64,000 nucleotides of DNA from a bacterium. GTDB taxonomy: Bacteria; UBA8248; JACPRG01; G963555815. This document shows positions 33,074-42,432 of the stretch, piece by piece (the first letter of the stretch is position 1; each line of letters starts with the position of its first letter). Below the pieces are notes generated by a model. It was given only the letters and a program-made list of their open reading frames with translations. It searched no databases and was not told where the DNA came from. A program made the position numbers and the translations under genes. The DNA is taken from positions 3,840,001-3,904,000 of the forward strand of contig OZ244653.1 in assembly GCA_965218795.1 (NCBI GenBank), read 5' to 3'.

Positions 33074-33898
33074 TCAGCCGGACCTCTCTGCAAGGGTAGA
33101 CAGCATCTCGGATTGTATCCTTCCGTTACTGGCTACGACCTCCCCACTGTAGACATAATCGTCTCCCCATGAAAAATCCGTCACACGGCCCCCTGCCTCC
33201 AGGACGAGCAGCGTTCCCGCTGCAACGTCCCAAGGACTGAGCTTCAATTCCCAATAGCCGTCCAGCCGGCCTGCGGCGACGTAGGCGAGGTCCAATGCCG
33301 CCGATCCTGCGCGCCGGATTCCCTGAACGCGAAGGGCGAATCGCTGAAAATGGTCGAGATTGTTGACGGGGCTTTCCCGCTTGTCGTAGGGAAAACCGGT
33401 GGCAATCAGCGAGCGGTCCAGTTCGGTCGTATCCGATACCCTGATGGTCTTTCCATTGAGCGACGAGCCCTGCTCCTTCTCGGCGAGGAAAAACTCCTCC
33501 CGGAGGGGATCGAAAATCGCTCCCAGTTTCATTCGGCCTCGTTGCTCGAACGCAATGCTCACGCAAAACATCGGAAACCCGTGCACATAATTGTTCGTTG
33601 CGTCCAGCGGATCAATGATCCACAAGTTCTCGGATTTCCTCGGTTCTTGCTCCCGTTCCTCGGTCAGGACGTCGTCATCCGGGAAGCTTTCGTTCAGCCG
33701 TTGGAGGATGAGGTCTTCAGAGGCGTGGTCCACTGCTGTCACGAGGTTGACAGCTCCCTTGTATTCGATCGATTGGGGCTTCCTGAAATTTTCGAGCAGT
33801 ATGCTGCCCGCCTCACGGGTAATTTCTTCCAGAATGCGGCGCCTTTCTTCCAACGATGATCTCCTTCCGGTTGAGTCGGGCGATGCGTGTTCGTGCAC
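33074..33898 (-). CDS. suhB: Inositol monophosphatase family
   Basis: WIIDPLDATNNY, RRAGSAALDL..VAAG, WDVAAG. Confidence 0.93.
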   Translation of the reverse strand: MHEHASPDSTGRRSSLEERRRILEEITREAGSILLENFRKPQSIEYKGAVNLVTAVDHASEDLILQRLNESFPDDDVLTEEREQEPRKSENLWIIDPLDATNNYVHGFPMFCVSIAFEQRGRMKLGAIFDPLREEFFLAEKEQGSSLNGKTIRVSDTTELDRSLIATGFPYDKRESPVNNLDHFQRFALRVQGIRRAGSAALDLAYVAAGRLDGYWELKLSPWDVAAGTLLVLEAGGRVTDFSWGDDYVYSGEVVASNGRIQSEMLSTLAERSG

Positions 33899-34028
33899 AG
33901 TGGATTCTCACCTGCAATCGGGGCAAACGACAACCCCGTTCCTGTACACTACAGTTCATGTGGATACGTGTTCTGTTGTGAGCGGACCAGGATTTGGGCT
34001 GAACCCCCCGGTTGCCGGTTGAGGGAAA

Positions 34029-35195
34029 GTGAATTTGAACCGCTCATTGATGTCAAGAAATTTAACTTTCCTGGTTCTCAGCAATTCGTTCCTGTTTCTT
34101 GCCTATCTGAGCTATCAGCTCCTGCCGCTGCACATCAAGGCGTTGGGCGGGGGGGAGTCGGACATCGGCAGGGTCATGGGTGTACCCAACCTGATGTCCG
34201 TTATTCTGACCCCCACCTTCGGCGTCCTTGTAGATCGTTTTGGCCGAAAACCAATCATCCTCCTCGGTCAAGGATTCGTCTTGGCTCCATGTCTGGGCTT
34301 CCTTGGAGCAGGGGATTCCTTCTTCCTTTTCGGGGTTTTCCGTGTCCTGCAAACTATCGGGATCGCGATGGCCTTCACTGCGGCGGGCGTGCTGGTGGCC
34401 GACACCACGCCTCCCGGCCGGCTGGCCCAAGCGCTGGGCCTGTATGGCCTCTCGGGTCTCGCCACACATGCCATCGCCCCGAGCGTGGGCGAGATCGTAA
34501 TTGACGCCGGAGGTTTTTCCGCACTGTTCGCACTCTCCATCGTCTATAGCGTGCTGGGTTTCGGGCTGGCCTCAAGGATCATCGACAAATCTCTGGAACA
34601 TGGAATTGCGCGAGGAGAGGGATCACTGTGGAAGCTATTCACCGCACCGGGATTCTCGCAAATTCTTCTCATCGGATTTGTGATGGGCGCGACCCTCGGC
34701 ACGGTGTCGACGTACATTCCCACTTACATTCGAAGCCGAGGGATTCAATGGATCAGCCTCTTTTATATCACTTACGCCCTGACGGCCATCTTTGTCCGGA
34801 TTGCGCTGGGGAGGATGTCTGACCGAATTGGCCATGAACGGATGGTGACGCCCGCATTCGGGGGTCTGGCGATCGCGGTTGTCTTGCTGAGTCAGGCTCA
34901 AGCTCAATGGATGTTTGCGCTTTCGGGCATGTTCAATGGCGCTTCGCACGGATTTCTATATCCCGCAACGAACGCGATGGCGCTGAATCGGGCGGGCAGG
35001 GAAAACGCGGGCAGAGCCCAGTCGCTCTACGGCGCCTCATTCAGCGCAGGGATGACGGCGGGAGTTTTCCTCAACGGCTATTTGGCCGACTTTTTCGGCT
35101 ACAGTGTGATGTTTCTCGGGATGGGTGGATGGATACTCATTGCTCTGTCGGCCTTCTACGGACTGGAGCGCCGCAGGCCGCCGGTTCCATCGTGA
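34029..35195 (+). CDS. MFS transporter
   Basis: G.L.DRFGRK motif A, repeated as GRMSDRIG; about 12 TM segments. Confidence 0.92.
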   Translation: MNLNRSLMSRNLTFLVLSNSFLFLAYLSYQLLPLHIKALGGGESDIGRVMGVPNLMSVILTPTFGVLVDRFGRKPIILLGQGFVLAPCLGFLGAGDSFFLFGVFRVLQTIGIAMAFTAAGVLVADTTPPGRLAQALGLYGLSGLATHAIAPSVGEIVIDAGGFSALFALSIVYSVLGFGLASRIIDKSLEHGIARGEGSLWKLFTAPGFSQILLIGFVMGATLGTVSTYIPTYIRSRGIQWISLFYITYALTAIFVRIALGRMSDRIGHERMVTPAFGGLAIAVVLLSQAQAQWMFALSGMFNGASHGFLYPATNAMALNRAGRENAGRAQSLYGASFSAGMTAGVFLNGYLADFFGYSVMFLGMGGWILIALSAFYGLERRRPPVPS

Positions 35196-35211
35196 ATCAA
35201 TAATCGATGAT

Positions 35212-35258
35212 CATCAATATCTTGTAATTTTTTCGAATTTTTCATCTATATATTGTAT
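35212..35258. promoter_or_regulatory. Tandem NrdR-box-like operators
   Basis: catCAATATCTTGtaa (35212) and catCTATATATTGtat (35243), 31 bp apart; consensus acaCwAtATaTwGtg. Confidence 0.7.
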
Positions 35259-35264
35259 TTTTTC

Positions 35265-35294
35265 TTGACAACATGCCCAAAGAGCGATTAGGCT
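35265..35294 (+). promoter_or_regulatory. sigma70 promoter for the candidate ncRNA
   Basis: TTGACA-18 nt-TAGGCT; predicted +1 near 35301 coincides with the 5' strand of the terminal helix. Confidence 0.65.
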
Positions 35295-35300
35295 TCTTAT

Positions 35301-35595
35301 GGGCTTGGGCGCTTTTGGGGCTCGTGAGGTGTCACTGGTCTGGTGATAAGTTGGCAGGGGAGGCCTGAAGACATCACGGGTTTCTATGTTGCAAGGCGCC
35401 GGGAAGGAGGTGATGATTAGGGGAAGTCGGACCGCAGACTGACCGAAATCAAATTACGCTCCAACGGAAGACGTGGTGGCGGTTCAAGTGCAAGCCACGA
35501 GGACATGTAAAGAATTTGAGGCGTCGAGGATTTCGTAAGCCGGTCGAGCAGAAACTTCGGTCAGTAGTCGGCGACAGAAAGAAGCGCCCAAGCTC
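35301..35595 (+). ncRNA. Unidentified ~295-nt structured RNA
   Basis: 16-bp closing helix 35301-35316/35580-35595 with G-U pairs; nested helices 35321-35327/35374-35380, 35438-35447/35556-35565, 35454-35458/35534-35538, 35472-35477/35494-35499; no credible ORF. Confidence 0.7.
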
Positions 35596-35629
35596 AAAGT
35601 TTTTCTCCTGCAAAGCTCTCTGTTCTACA

Positions 35630-36271
35630 TCACCGTTTGGATTTCTTGTAGCCTCTCCGGATCGCCTCCCTCTCGGTCTTGAACTCGACGCGGAACCTGC
35701 TTTTTTTCATCAAGCCGTAATACCTCCCCCCCTCAACGTGAAACTTGCGGGTTTTCGAATTGCCGATGATCGGCGGGTTAAGGCTGCGGCTCCGGGCCCT
35801 CCCCATGGAAATCCCCGCCCATAGACCTTTGCGTTGGGTTCTGGCCGTCCGCTCCAGGCGACGAAACAAATTCGCGTACTTCAGGTTGGGGGGATAGGGC
35901 GATGCGCGCGCGTAACCCTCAGAGATCAGCATGGCGTTCACCAGCCGTCCGTCGGCCAGGAATACGTATACCTGAAGCCGGCCGTATCGGTCCCATCTCT
36001 GCCGGCCGAACCGGATCCGAACCCTCTTGCCCTGAATCAGGTTCTTGAGAAATCTGCTCGCATCTTCTCCATAATACTCGACGGGTTTCCGGGGGTGACG
36101 GGTTTCAGGCGTATCGACCCCGATCAAACGCAGATGAACCTCAAATGTATCGCCGTCAATGACCCGCTGCACGCGGATATCCTGGGCTTGCGCCATGGTG
36201 CTTCGGGTCAAGCCGTAGGATCCTGACAAGATGAAAAATCCGAGAATCATTGTCGTAACGGTGACGGACAT
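35630..36271 (-). CDS. Thermonuclease (SNase-like) with signal peptide and C-terminal Ada-like module
   Basis: VIDGDT, RLIGVDTPE, DRYGRL..YV, AR...GLW; IIGNSKTRKFH...F.TE.EA...GY. Confidence 0.92.
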   Translation of the reverse strand: MSVTVTTMILGFFILSGSYGLTRSTMAQAQDIRVQRVIDGDTFEVHLRLIGVDTPETRHPRKPVEYYGEDASRFLKNLIQGKRVRIRFGRQRWDRYGRLQVYVFLADGRLVNAMLISEGYARASPYPPNLKYANLFRRLERTARTQRKGLWAGISMGRARSRSLNPPIIGNSKTRKFHVEGGRYYGLMKKSRFRVEFKTEREAIRRGYKKSKR

Positions 36272-36557
36272 CGAAGATACTCTTTCGTAATAAATTTCTT
36301 ATACTTTCGTTTTAGATTAGTCTAATTATGTTCCTGCAGCAATCCTGAATATCGCAGCAGTCCACAAGTGTGTGGATTCAGCGTTTGATTGCGGGCGAGT
36401 AGAACGTATTTCGAGTTCAGTCTTCTCCATTGATGAGGCGTTATTGGAGCAATATGTATAATTGATGCCTCGATAAGGCTTGAAGTACCTCCGGTTATTC
36501 CATTGCTCGAAAGGTTGAAAGCTCTTGAACGCTCGATAGGAGCGCATCACGGTACCG

Positions 36558-38312
36558 ATGAAAACCGCTGATTCTCAAAAAGGTTCGATGTGGGAGCTCG
36601 CAGGCTGCTTCCGTAAGTATCGGGGCCGTCTGGTCTGCGGATTTCTGCTCCTCATGGGGGCGAACGCCATGGGGATCAGCATCCCCTGGCTGATCAAGGA
36701 TGCGATCGAAGGGCTTCGGGCCGGCCTGGACCTGGGGGTCATCCGGTGGTTCGCCCTGGCCATCGTCATCGCGGCTGTCATCCAGGGGGTTGTACGGATT
36801 GCCTCCAGGCATTTGTTCCTCGGCGTGAGCCGGGGGATCGAATTTGACATTCGGACGAAGCTGTTTCGGCGTCTTCAGTCGCTGTCTCTGACATTTTTTC
36901 AGAAGACCACCACCGGTGACATCATGTCGCGGGCCACGAATGACCTCAATGCCGTTCGAATGGTGCTGGGCCCCGGTGTCACCCACGGCTTGAATTCAAT
37001 CATCGTGTATCTTTTCGCGGTCTCCGCGATGATGGCGATCAGCTTCAAGCTGACTTTTCTGGCCGTCATTCTCTTCCCGATCTGGATCATCGGAATGCGC
37101 CGTTTCTTCATTCGGATGAACGAAGTGTCCCGACGTTCACAGGAGGCCTTGTCGGACATCAGCACGCAGGTTCACGAGAACCTGAGCGGGATGATGGTCG
37201 TCAAGCTGTTCGTCCAGGAAGGCAATGAAAAGGAGCGGTTCGCCCGCCTGAACGACGCCTATATCGGATGGACCGCTCACTACGCGAGGCTTCGAGCGTT
37301 TATCTTCAGCCTCATGACGGCGTTGGGGGGGATGGGCGTGCTGATCATCCTCTACGTTGGCGGGCGGGGGGTCATCACGGGTCAAATCACGCTGGGGGCG
37401 TTCGTGGCGTTCGCCAGCTACTTGGCCATGCTCCTCTGGCCGACTATCGCCTTGGGTTGGATCATCGGTCTCTTTCAGCAGGGCAAGGCATCTTGGGAGC
37501 GTGTGAGCTGGCTGTTGAATCAACAGCCGGAGAGCCGGGAAGAAAGCGCTCACCCCTCCATCATCCGCGGAGAGATCCAAGTCGAGAATCTTTCGTTCGC
37601 CTATGACGGCGGGCCGGACGTGCTCAACGGCCTCAGCTTCCGCATCGCTCCGGGCGAGAAGGTCGCATTGGTGGGAGGGATTGGCTCAGGCAAGTCGACG
37701 CTGATCCGACTGCTCACTGGATTGTTACCAGCCCCCAGGGGGGTCATCTTCTTTGACGGGTCGGACGTGAACGACTATTCGCATGATGCCATCCGCCGGT
37801 CGATCGCCCTCGTTCCCCAGGAGCCTTTTCTCTTCTCCCGGACGGTGTATGACAATGTGGCCTTCGGGGGCGAGTCCCCGGATTTTCCGGCGATTCGCGC
37901 CGCAACCGACGCTGCGCATTTCACCGCGGAGGTGGAGCAGTTTCCCGAAGGCTTTCAAGCGGTTCTCGGAGAGCGCGGGCTGACCCTTTCCACCGGCCAG
38001 CGCCAGCGAACCACCATCGCCCGGGGGATTGTGGATAAGCACCGTGTCCTGATCCTGGACGACGTACTCTCGAGCCTGGATGCAGGAACCGGCAGGGGAA
38101 TCCTGGAAGACATTCGGGAATGGGGAGAAGACCTCACCCTCCTGTTCATCTCCCACAACCTGGCGGCCGCCCGGCAGGCGGACCGAATTCTGGTCATCGA
38201 CCAAGGGCGGATCGTCGAGGAAGGCGCCCACGATGACCTGCTTCAGCAAGACGGCCGCTACGCACGAATGCACGAGCACCAGCGGCTGATGGCCGAATTG
38301 GAGACGCTCTGA
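36558..38312 (+). CDS. ABC exporter permease/ATPase, subunit 1 of heterodimer (degenerate NBD)
   Basis: Six-TM domain with TGDIMSRATND; GSGKST, LSTGQ, Walker B ILDD. Confidence 0.93.
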   Translation: MKTADSQKGSMWELAGCFRKYRGRLVCGFLLLMGANAMGISIPWLIKDAIEGLRAGLDLGVIRWFALAIVIAAVIQGVVRIASRHLFLGVSRGIEFDIRTKLFRRLQSLSLTFFQKTTTGDIMSRATNDLNAVRMVLGPGVTHGLNSIIVYLFAVSAMMAISFKLTFLAVILFPIWIIGMRRFFIRMNEVSRRSQEALSDISTQVHENLSGMMVVKLFVQEGNEKERFARLNDAYIGWTAHYARLRAFIFSLMTALGGMGVLIILYVGGRGVITGQITLGAFVAFASYLAMLLWPTIALGWIIGLFQQGKASWERVSWLLNQQPESREESAHPSIIRGEIQVENLSFAYDGGPDVLNGLSFRIAPGEKVALVGGIGSGKSTLIRLLTGLLPAPRGVIFFDGSDVNDYSHDAIRRSIALVPQEPFLFSRTVYDNVAFGGESPDFPAIRAATDAAHFTAEVEQFPEGFQAVLGERGLTLSTGQRQRTTIARGIVDKHRVLILDDVLSSLDAGTGRGILEDIREWGEDLTLLFISHNLAAARQADRILVIDQGRIVEEGAHDDLLQQDGRYARMHEHQRLMAELETL

Positions 38313-40240
38313 TGCCCCATGTCTCCGGAGCGGTCTATGAAGAAAAGAACCCGGGGCGCGCCTATGATGGCCGGCTTCTGAGGCGGTTGGTCAAGAGGTA
38401 TGTGAGGCATCTTTGGAAGCTCCTCCTGGGCACGCTCGTTTGCCTTCCGGCTGCGGCTGCCCTGGAGCTCGTCCAGCCCTATCTCATGAAGGTGGTCGTC
38501 GATGAACACCTCACCAACGGACGGTTGGAGGGCCTCCTTCCTTTGTGCGCGCTCTTCTTCAGTGCCGTGATCGGGCTGACCCTGGTCCGTTTCGCCCAGA
38601 CGTACTGGATCATGATGCTGGGCCAGCGGGTGACGTACCGGATGCGCGAAGAGGTGTTCGCGCGGGTTCAGGATTTTCCCCAGTCGTACTTTGACCGCAC
38701 TCCGGTCGGGCGGTTGCTGACCCGGATGACGTCCGATGTCGAGGTGATTCAGGAGATGTTTTCGTCGGGAATTGTGACCGTCGTGGGGGACGTTTTTCTC
38801 CTGGCCGGAATCATGGGCGCAATGCTGTGGCTGAACGTCAAACTCGCCCTGCTGACCTTCATGGCCATTCCGGTCTTGTTGGGGGTCACGTTCTGGGTGC
38901 GCCCCCGCATTCGCGAAGCCTTCCGCCGGGTTCGAGCCAAGCTTTCCGAAATCAACTCCTTTTTGGCGGAACATCTGAGCGGGATGACCGTTGTGCAGCT
39001 GTTCAGGAAGGAGGAGGCGTCGAACCGGCTCTTCGACGGGCTGGCGGATGAATACCGCGAACAGGCCCATCACGCCATTCTCTATGATGTGAGCCTCTAT
39101 GCCGTGGTCGAGGCGACCGGCGCCGTCGTGGTCGCCGGCCTGATTTGGTATGGCGGGGGGGAGATCCTGGAAGGGGCGCTTACCTTCGGCGTGCTGGTCG
39201 CCTTCCTGGGCTATATCCAGAAATTCTTTTCTCCCCTCATGGACCTGTCCTCCAAGTACACCATCATGCAGTCGGCGATGGCGGCGTTGGAGCGTATATT
39301 CAACCTCCTCGATGAACCGGTCGAGCCGGTGCTGGGGGGGAATACCGGCGCCGATGCGATTCCAGAGGGCAGCGCGTCTGCCGTGTCAGTGTTGCCCAAG
39401 GAGCCGGCGCCGGAGGGGAAGGGGCCCGCCATCTCCTTCGAGGACGTGTCCTTTTCGTATGACGGGAATCAGCCGGTTCTGGAAGGTGTCTCGTTTCGAG
39501 CCGATCCCGGAGAGACCGTCGCACTCGTGGGAGCCACCGGAGCGGGGAAAAGCACCTGCCTGAAACTGCTCTGCCGCTTGTATGAACTCGAGCAGGGCCG
39601 GATTACCCTGGACGGCGAGGACCTCCGGGAGATTCCCTCCCGGCGGCTCCGTTCCAGAATCGGAATGGTCATGCAAGACGTCTTTCTCTTCACGGGGGAT
39701 ATCGACCGGAACATCCGGCTGGGAGACGGGTTCATCGAAGAGGAAAGCGTCCGAAAAGTGGCCGACGAGCTCGGCCTGTGGAAAATCGTCCGCAAATTCC
39801 CGGATGGATTTGAATCGAGCGTTCGGGAGCGAGGGAGCAACCTTTCGGCCGGAGAGCGTCAGTTGCTTTCGCTGGCGAGGGCTGTGGTTCGAAGACCCGA
39901 GATCCTGCTCGTCGACGAGGCCACCTCAAACCTGGATCCCTCCACGGAGTACGAGATTCAGCGGGTGTTGAGCTCGGTGTATGGAAGGACGACGACACTG
40001 GTGGTCGCCCACCGACTCTCGACCGTCCAGCGGGCGAATCGCATCGTAGTTCTTCACAAACGTCAGGTCCGGGAAGTCGGGACGCATTCCGAATTGCTTG
40101 CGCAGGGGGGGATTTACGCCCGGCTTTACGAGCTTCAGTACCGTCGGCAGGAGATTGGCCCCCCATCCGATGGCGAACCTTCAGGAGATAGCCGGCCATT
40201 GCCTCATCTGGATGCCCGGCCGGAAGGCATCGGACCATAA
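38312..40240 (+). CDS. ABC exporter permease/ATPase, subunit 2 of heterodimer
   Basis: PVGRLLTR.TSDV, GATGAGKST, LSAGERQ, LVDEATS, AHRLST; translationally coupled to subunit 1. Confidence 0.93.
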   Translation: MPHVSGAVYEEKNPGRAYDGRLLRRLVKRYVRHLWKLLLGTLVCLPAAAALELVQPYLMKVVVDEHLTNGRLEGLLPLCALFFSAVIGLTLVRFAQTYWIMMLGQRVTYRMREEVFARVQDFPQSYFDRTPVGRLLTRMTSDVEVIQEMFSSGIVTVVGDVFLLAGIMGAMLWLNVKLALLTFMAIPVLLGVTFWVRPRIREAFRRVRAKLSEINSFLAEHLSGMTVVQLFRKEEASNRLFDGLADEYREQAHHAILYDVSLYAVVEATGAVVVAGLIWYGGGEILEGALTFGVLVAFLGYIQKFFSPLMDLSSKYTIMQSAMAALERIFNLLDEPVEPVLGGNTGADAIPEGSASAVSVLPKEPAPEGKGPAISFEDVSFSYDGNQPVLEGVSFRADPGETVALVGATGAGKSTCLKLLCRLYELEQGRITLDGEDLREIPSRRLRSRIGMVMQDVFLFTGDIDRNIRLGDGFIEEESVRKVADELGLWKIVRKFPDGFESSVRERGSNLSAGERQLLSLARAVVRRPEILLVDEATSNLDPSTEYEIQRVLSSVYGRTTTLVVAHRLSTVQRANRIVVLHKRQVREVGTHSELLAQGGIYARLYELQYRRQEIGPPSDGEPSGDSRPLPHLDARPEGIGP

Positions 40241-40374
40241 ATCCACTGTTTATTCTGAACCTCCCGTAGCTTCGGCAATCCTCGAATTTTGTGGATCTCG
40301 TGCCACCGATAGGCATTCCCTGTCGATTCGGAAGCGGGAAAATCCCACGGGACTTGTCAGTGAAAGAGGCGAGG

Positions 40375-40423
40375 TTTTCCACATCTTGTGGATACAATGT
40401 CCATAAATAACAAGATATTGACG
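40375..40423. promoter_or_regulatory. Tandem NrdR-box-like sites overlapping DnaA-box-like sequences, upstream of nth
   Basis: CCACATCTTG (40379) and CAAGATATTG (40411), 32 bp apart; TTTTCCACA at 40375. Confidence 0.55.
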
Positions 40424-40447
40424 TAACCATTTCATTTCGTGGAGTTT

Positions 40448-41209
40448 ATGCAAAAAGTCCAGCGAAAGAAAAGGCCGGGCGGGAGTCAAAATCCAAGAGT
40501 CAGGCTTCGCCGTGTCTTACAGGCGATGGCGAAGCTCTACGGAGCCCCCGTTTGGGGGGGCTCGGATTCGGAAGGCGGCGCGGACGTCCTGAGTGCTCTG
40601 ATCATGACGATGCTTTCACAGGCCACGACGGACACAAACCGTGACTTGGCGTATCGCCGCCTTCGGGAGAGGTTTTCCACCTGGGAGGAAGTCCTCCGTG
40701 CGGATGTGGCAGCGGTGGAAGAGGCCATCCGGCCGGGTGGGCTGAGCCGGCAGAAGAGCGTCCGGATCCAAGGGCTTCTCGCCTGGCTGAAGGAGACCCG
40801 GGGTGAACTGACGGCCGACTTCCTGTGCGACCTCTCGCTTGAGGAGGCCATCGAGGAATTGGGCCACCTTCGAGGGATAGGGATCAAGACGCTGAGCGTC
40901 GTATTGATGTTCACCTGCGGCCGGGATGTTTTTCCCGTGGACACCCATGTCCACCGGGTCAGCCGCCGCCTGGGATTCATCAGCGAGAAGTGCTCTGCGG
41001 AGAAGGCGCATGGCGAGATGAGCGGGATCTTGCGGCCTGGAGAGAGCTACCCGGCCCACATCAATTTCTGGAAGTTCGGAAAATTCATCTGCAAGTCCCG
41101 GCGGCCCCGTTGCGGAGAATGCCCTCTCGTGCGGGATTGCGTCTATCCCGACAAAAACCTGTCAACCGCCGAATTCGTTCCGTCTGAACAATTGGAAGAA
41201 TCAAATTGA
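40448..41209 (+). CDS. nth: Endonuclease III-family HhH-GPD glycosylase
   Basis: LSQATTD, L.GIG.KT, FPVDTHV.RV..RLG, C-X6-C-X2-C-X5-C 4Fe-4S motif. Confidence 0.88.
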   Translation: MQKVQRKKRPGGSQNPRVRLRRVLQAMAKLYGAPVWGGSDSEGGADVLSALIMTMLSQATTDTNRDLAYRRLRERFSTWEEVLRADVAAVEEAIRPGGLSRQKSVRIQGLLAWLKETRGELTADFLCDLSLEEAIEELGHLRGIGIKTLSVVLMFTCGRDVFPVDTHVHRVSRRLGFISEKCSAEKAHGEMSGILRPGESYPAHINFWKFGKFICKSRRPRCGECPLVRDCVYPDKNLSTAEFVPSEQLEESN

Positions 41210-41715
41210 TGTTCAGAAGGGTGCACGAAACGATGTCGGTTTCGCTTGACCCCTGAACTGACTTCCTCCCTGGCAGCGTAACCTCGAACGAAAAATTTAC
41301 CGCCCTCGGAATTCCTGAGCAACGTCCGGGAAGGGCGATCTTTCATTGTCTCCAAAAGCGTCAACCTGTTCGGTCATTCCGCAATGGTTGCCCGATTCAT
41401 CAAGGATGCTATCCAAGCCCAGTCCTTCGGGCATTCGCATGCCGTTCCCCTGCAGATGCGCATCGGTGAGCCTCTGGACCGTCTCATTGCGATGCTGACG
41501 GGAGGATACTTCGCGGGAAAACCCAAGCGGCGGCACCTCGCCGAGGCCGTCGTGGTCTCACGGGCCTTTCTCGTGAGCGCATTGATCCTGGCGCCGCAGA
41601 TGCATCACCATTCCCTGCTGGCGATTTCCAGACAGCCAATTCGGCGACGTCGCAAGCGATCTTTTCATCATCGAGAAAAATTGACTTCGGGACGATTGGT
41701 CTGAGGGGGTCCTCC

Positions 41716-42200
41716 GTGAAACGAATACTTCTGGTGACGAACACCCTCGGCAATTGGGGGGAAACGAACGGCGTCGAATATAGGGCGATGGGCCCTTCAA
41801 GCAGAAAATGACACGCAGGATCCCCGGGCGCGATTCACGGGAAAACTGACGGGCCTTGCCTTATTGCGCGCCTTCGCCGATGCGGACTTTTTCGTATTCC
41901 CCTCTGAAACCGATACGTTCGGAAACGTGGTCCTGCAAGCGATGATCTCGGGGCTTCCGGTCGTTGTGACAGACAAGATGGCGCCCAAGGAGCAGGTCAG
42001 TCACGGAATTGACGGTGTCGTCGCGTCGAACGCCAGCGAATTCGGATCCGCGGTTGATCGGTTGGCAAGGGAGGAAGGGCTGCGGCTGAGGATGGGCAAA
42101 GCGGCCCGTGCCCACGCCGTACAGCAGAGCTGGGGCAAGGTGTTCGACCGTCTTTTAAAACATGATGAACTGGCCGCAGAATTGCACCAAGCCAAGACGC
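41716..42200 (+). pseudogene. GT4 glycosyltransferase relic with large internal deletion
   Basis: VKRILLVTNT...ETNGV start, then out of frame FTGKL.G..L..AFADADFFVFPSETDTFGNVVLQAM.SGLPVV; central region absent; end approximate. Confidence 0.75.
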
Positions 42201-42432
42201 CGGTCGTCAGGCGGCTGGCCGTCTTCCGCTTCCACTCCCTGCGCGCTTTCGGCCTGACGCCCTCTGATGGATCATCGCCGCCGGCCGGATTTGACTCGAT
42301 TCACGAAAATCAGGGATCATCCATCTCCGTAACATTTCCTTTCAAAACCCCGGCGTCCCGTCAGATGCTCCTAGCGCCGGGACCTCCGCCCAAGGTCCCG
42401 GCTGATTGAGGCGGAGGCCGTACAGTCAGGCC

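Noticed and set aside
35301-35595. RNase P, tmRNA, SRP or cobalamin riboswitch identity
   Set aside because: No GAGGAAAGTCC/GGCTTA P4 elements, no CCA acceptor or tag ORF, no SRP helix-8 motif, no B12 box and no downstream co-oriented gene
35516-35824. 102-aa + strand ORF
   Set aside because: TTG start, no RBS, overlaps the nuclease gene antisense
40240-40440. oriC
   Set aside because: Only one consensus DnaA box plus weak variants, no clear unwinding element, no dnaA/dnaN nearby
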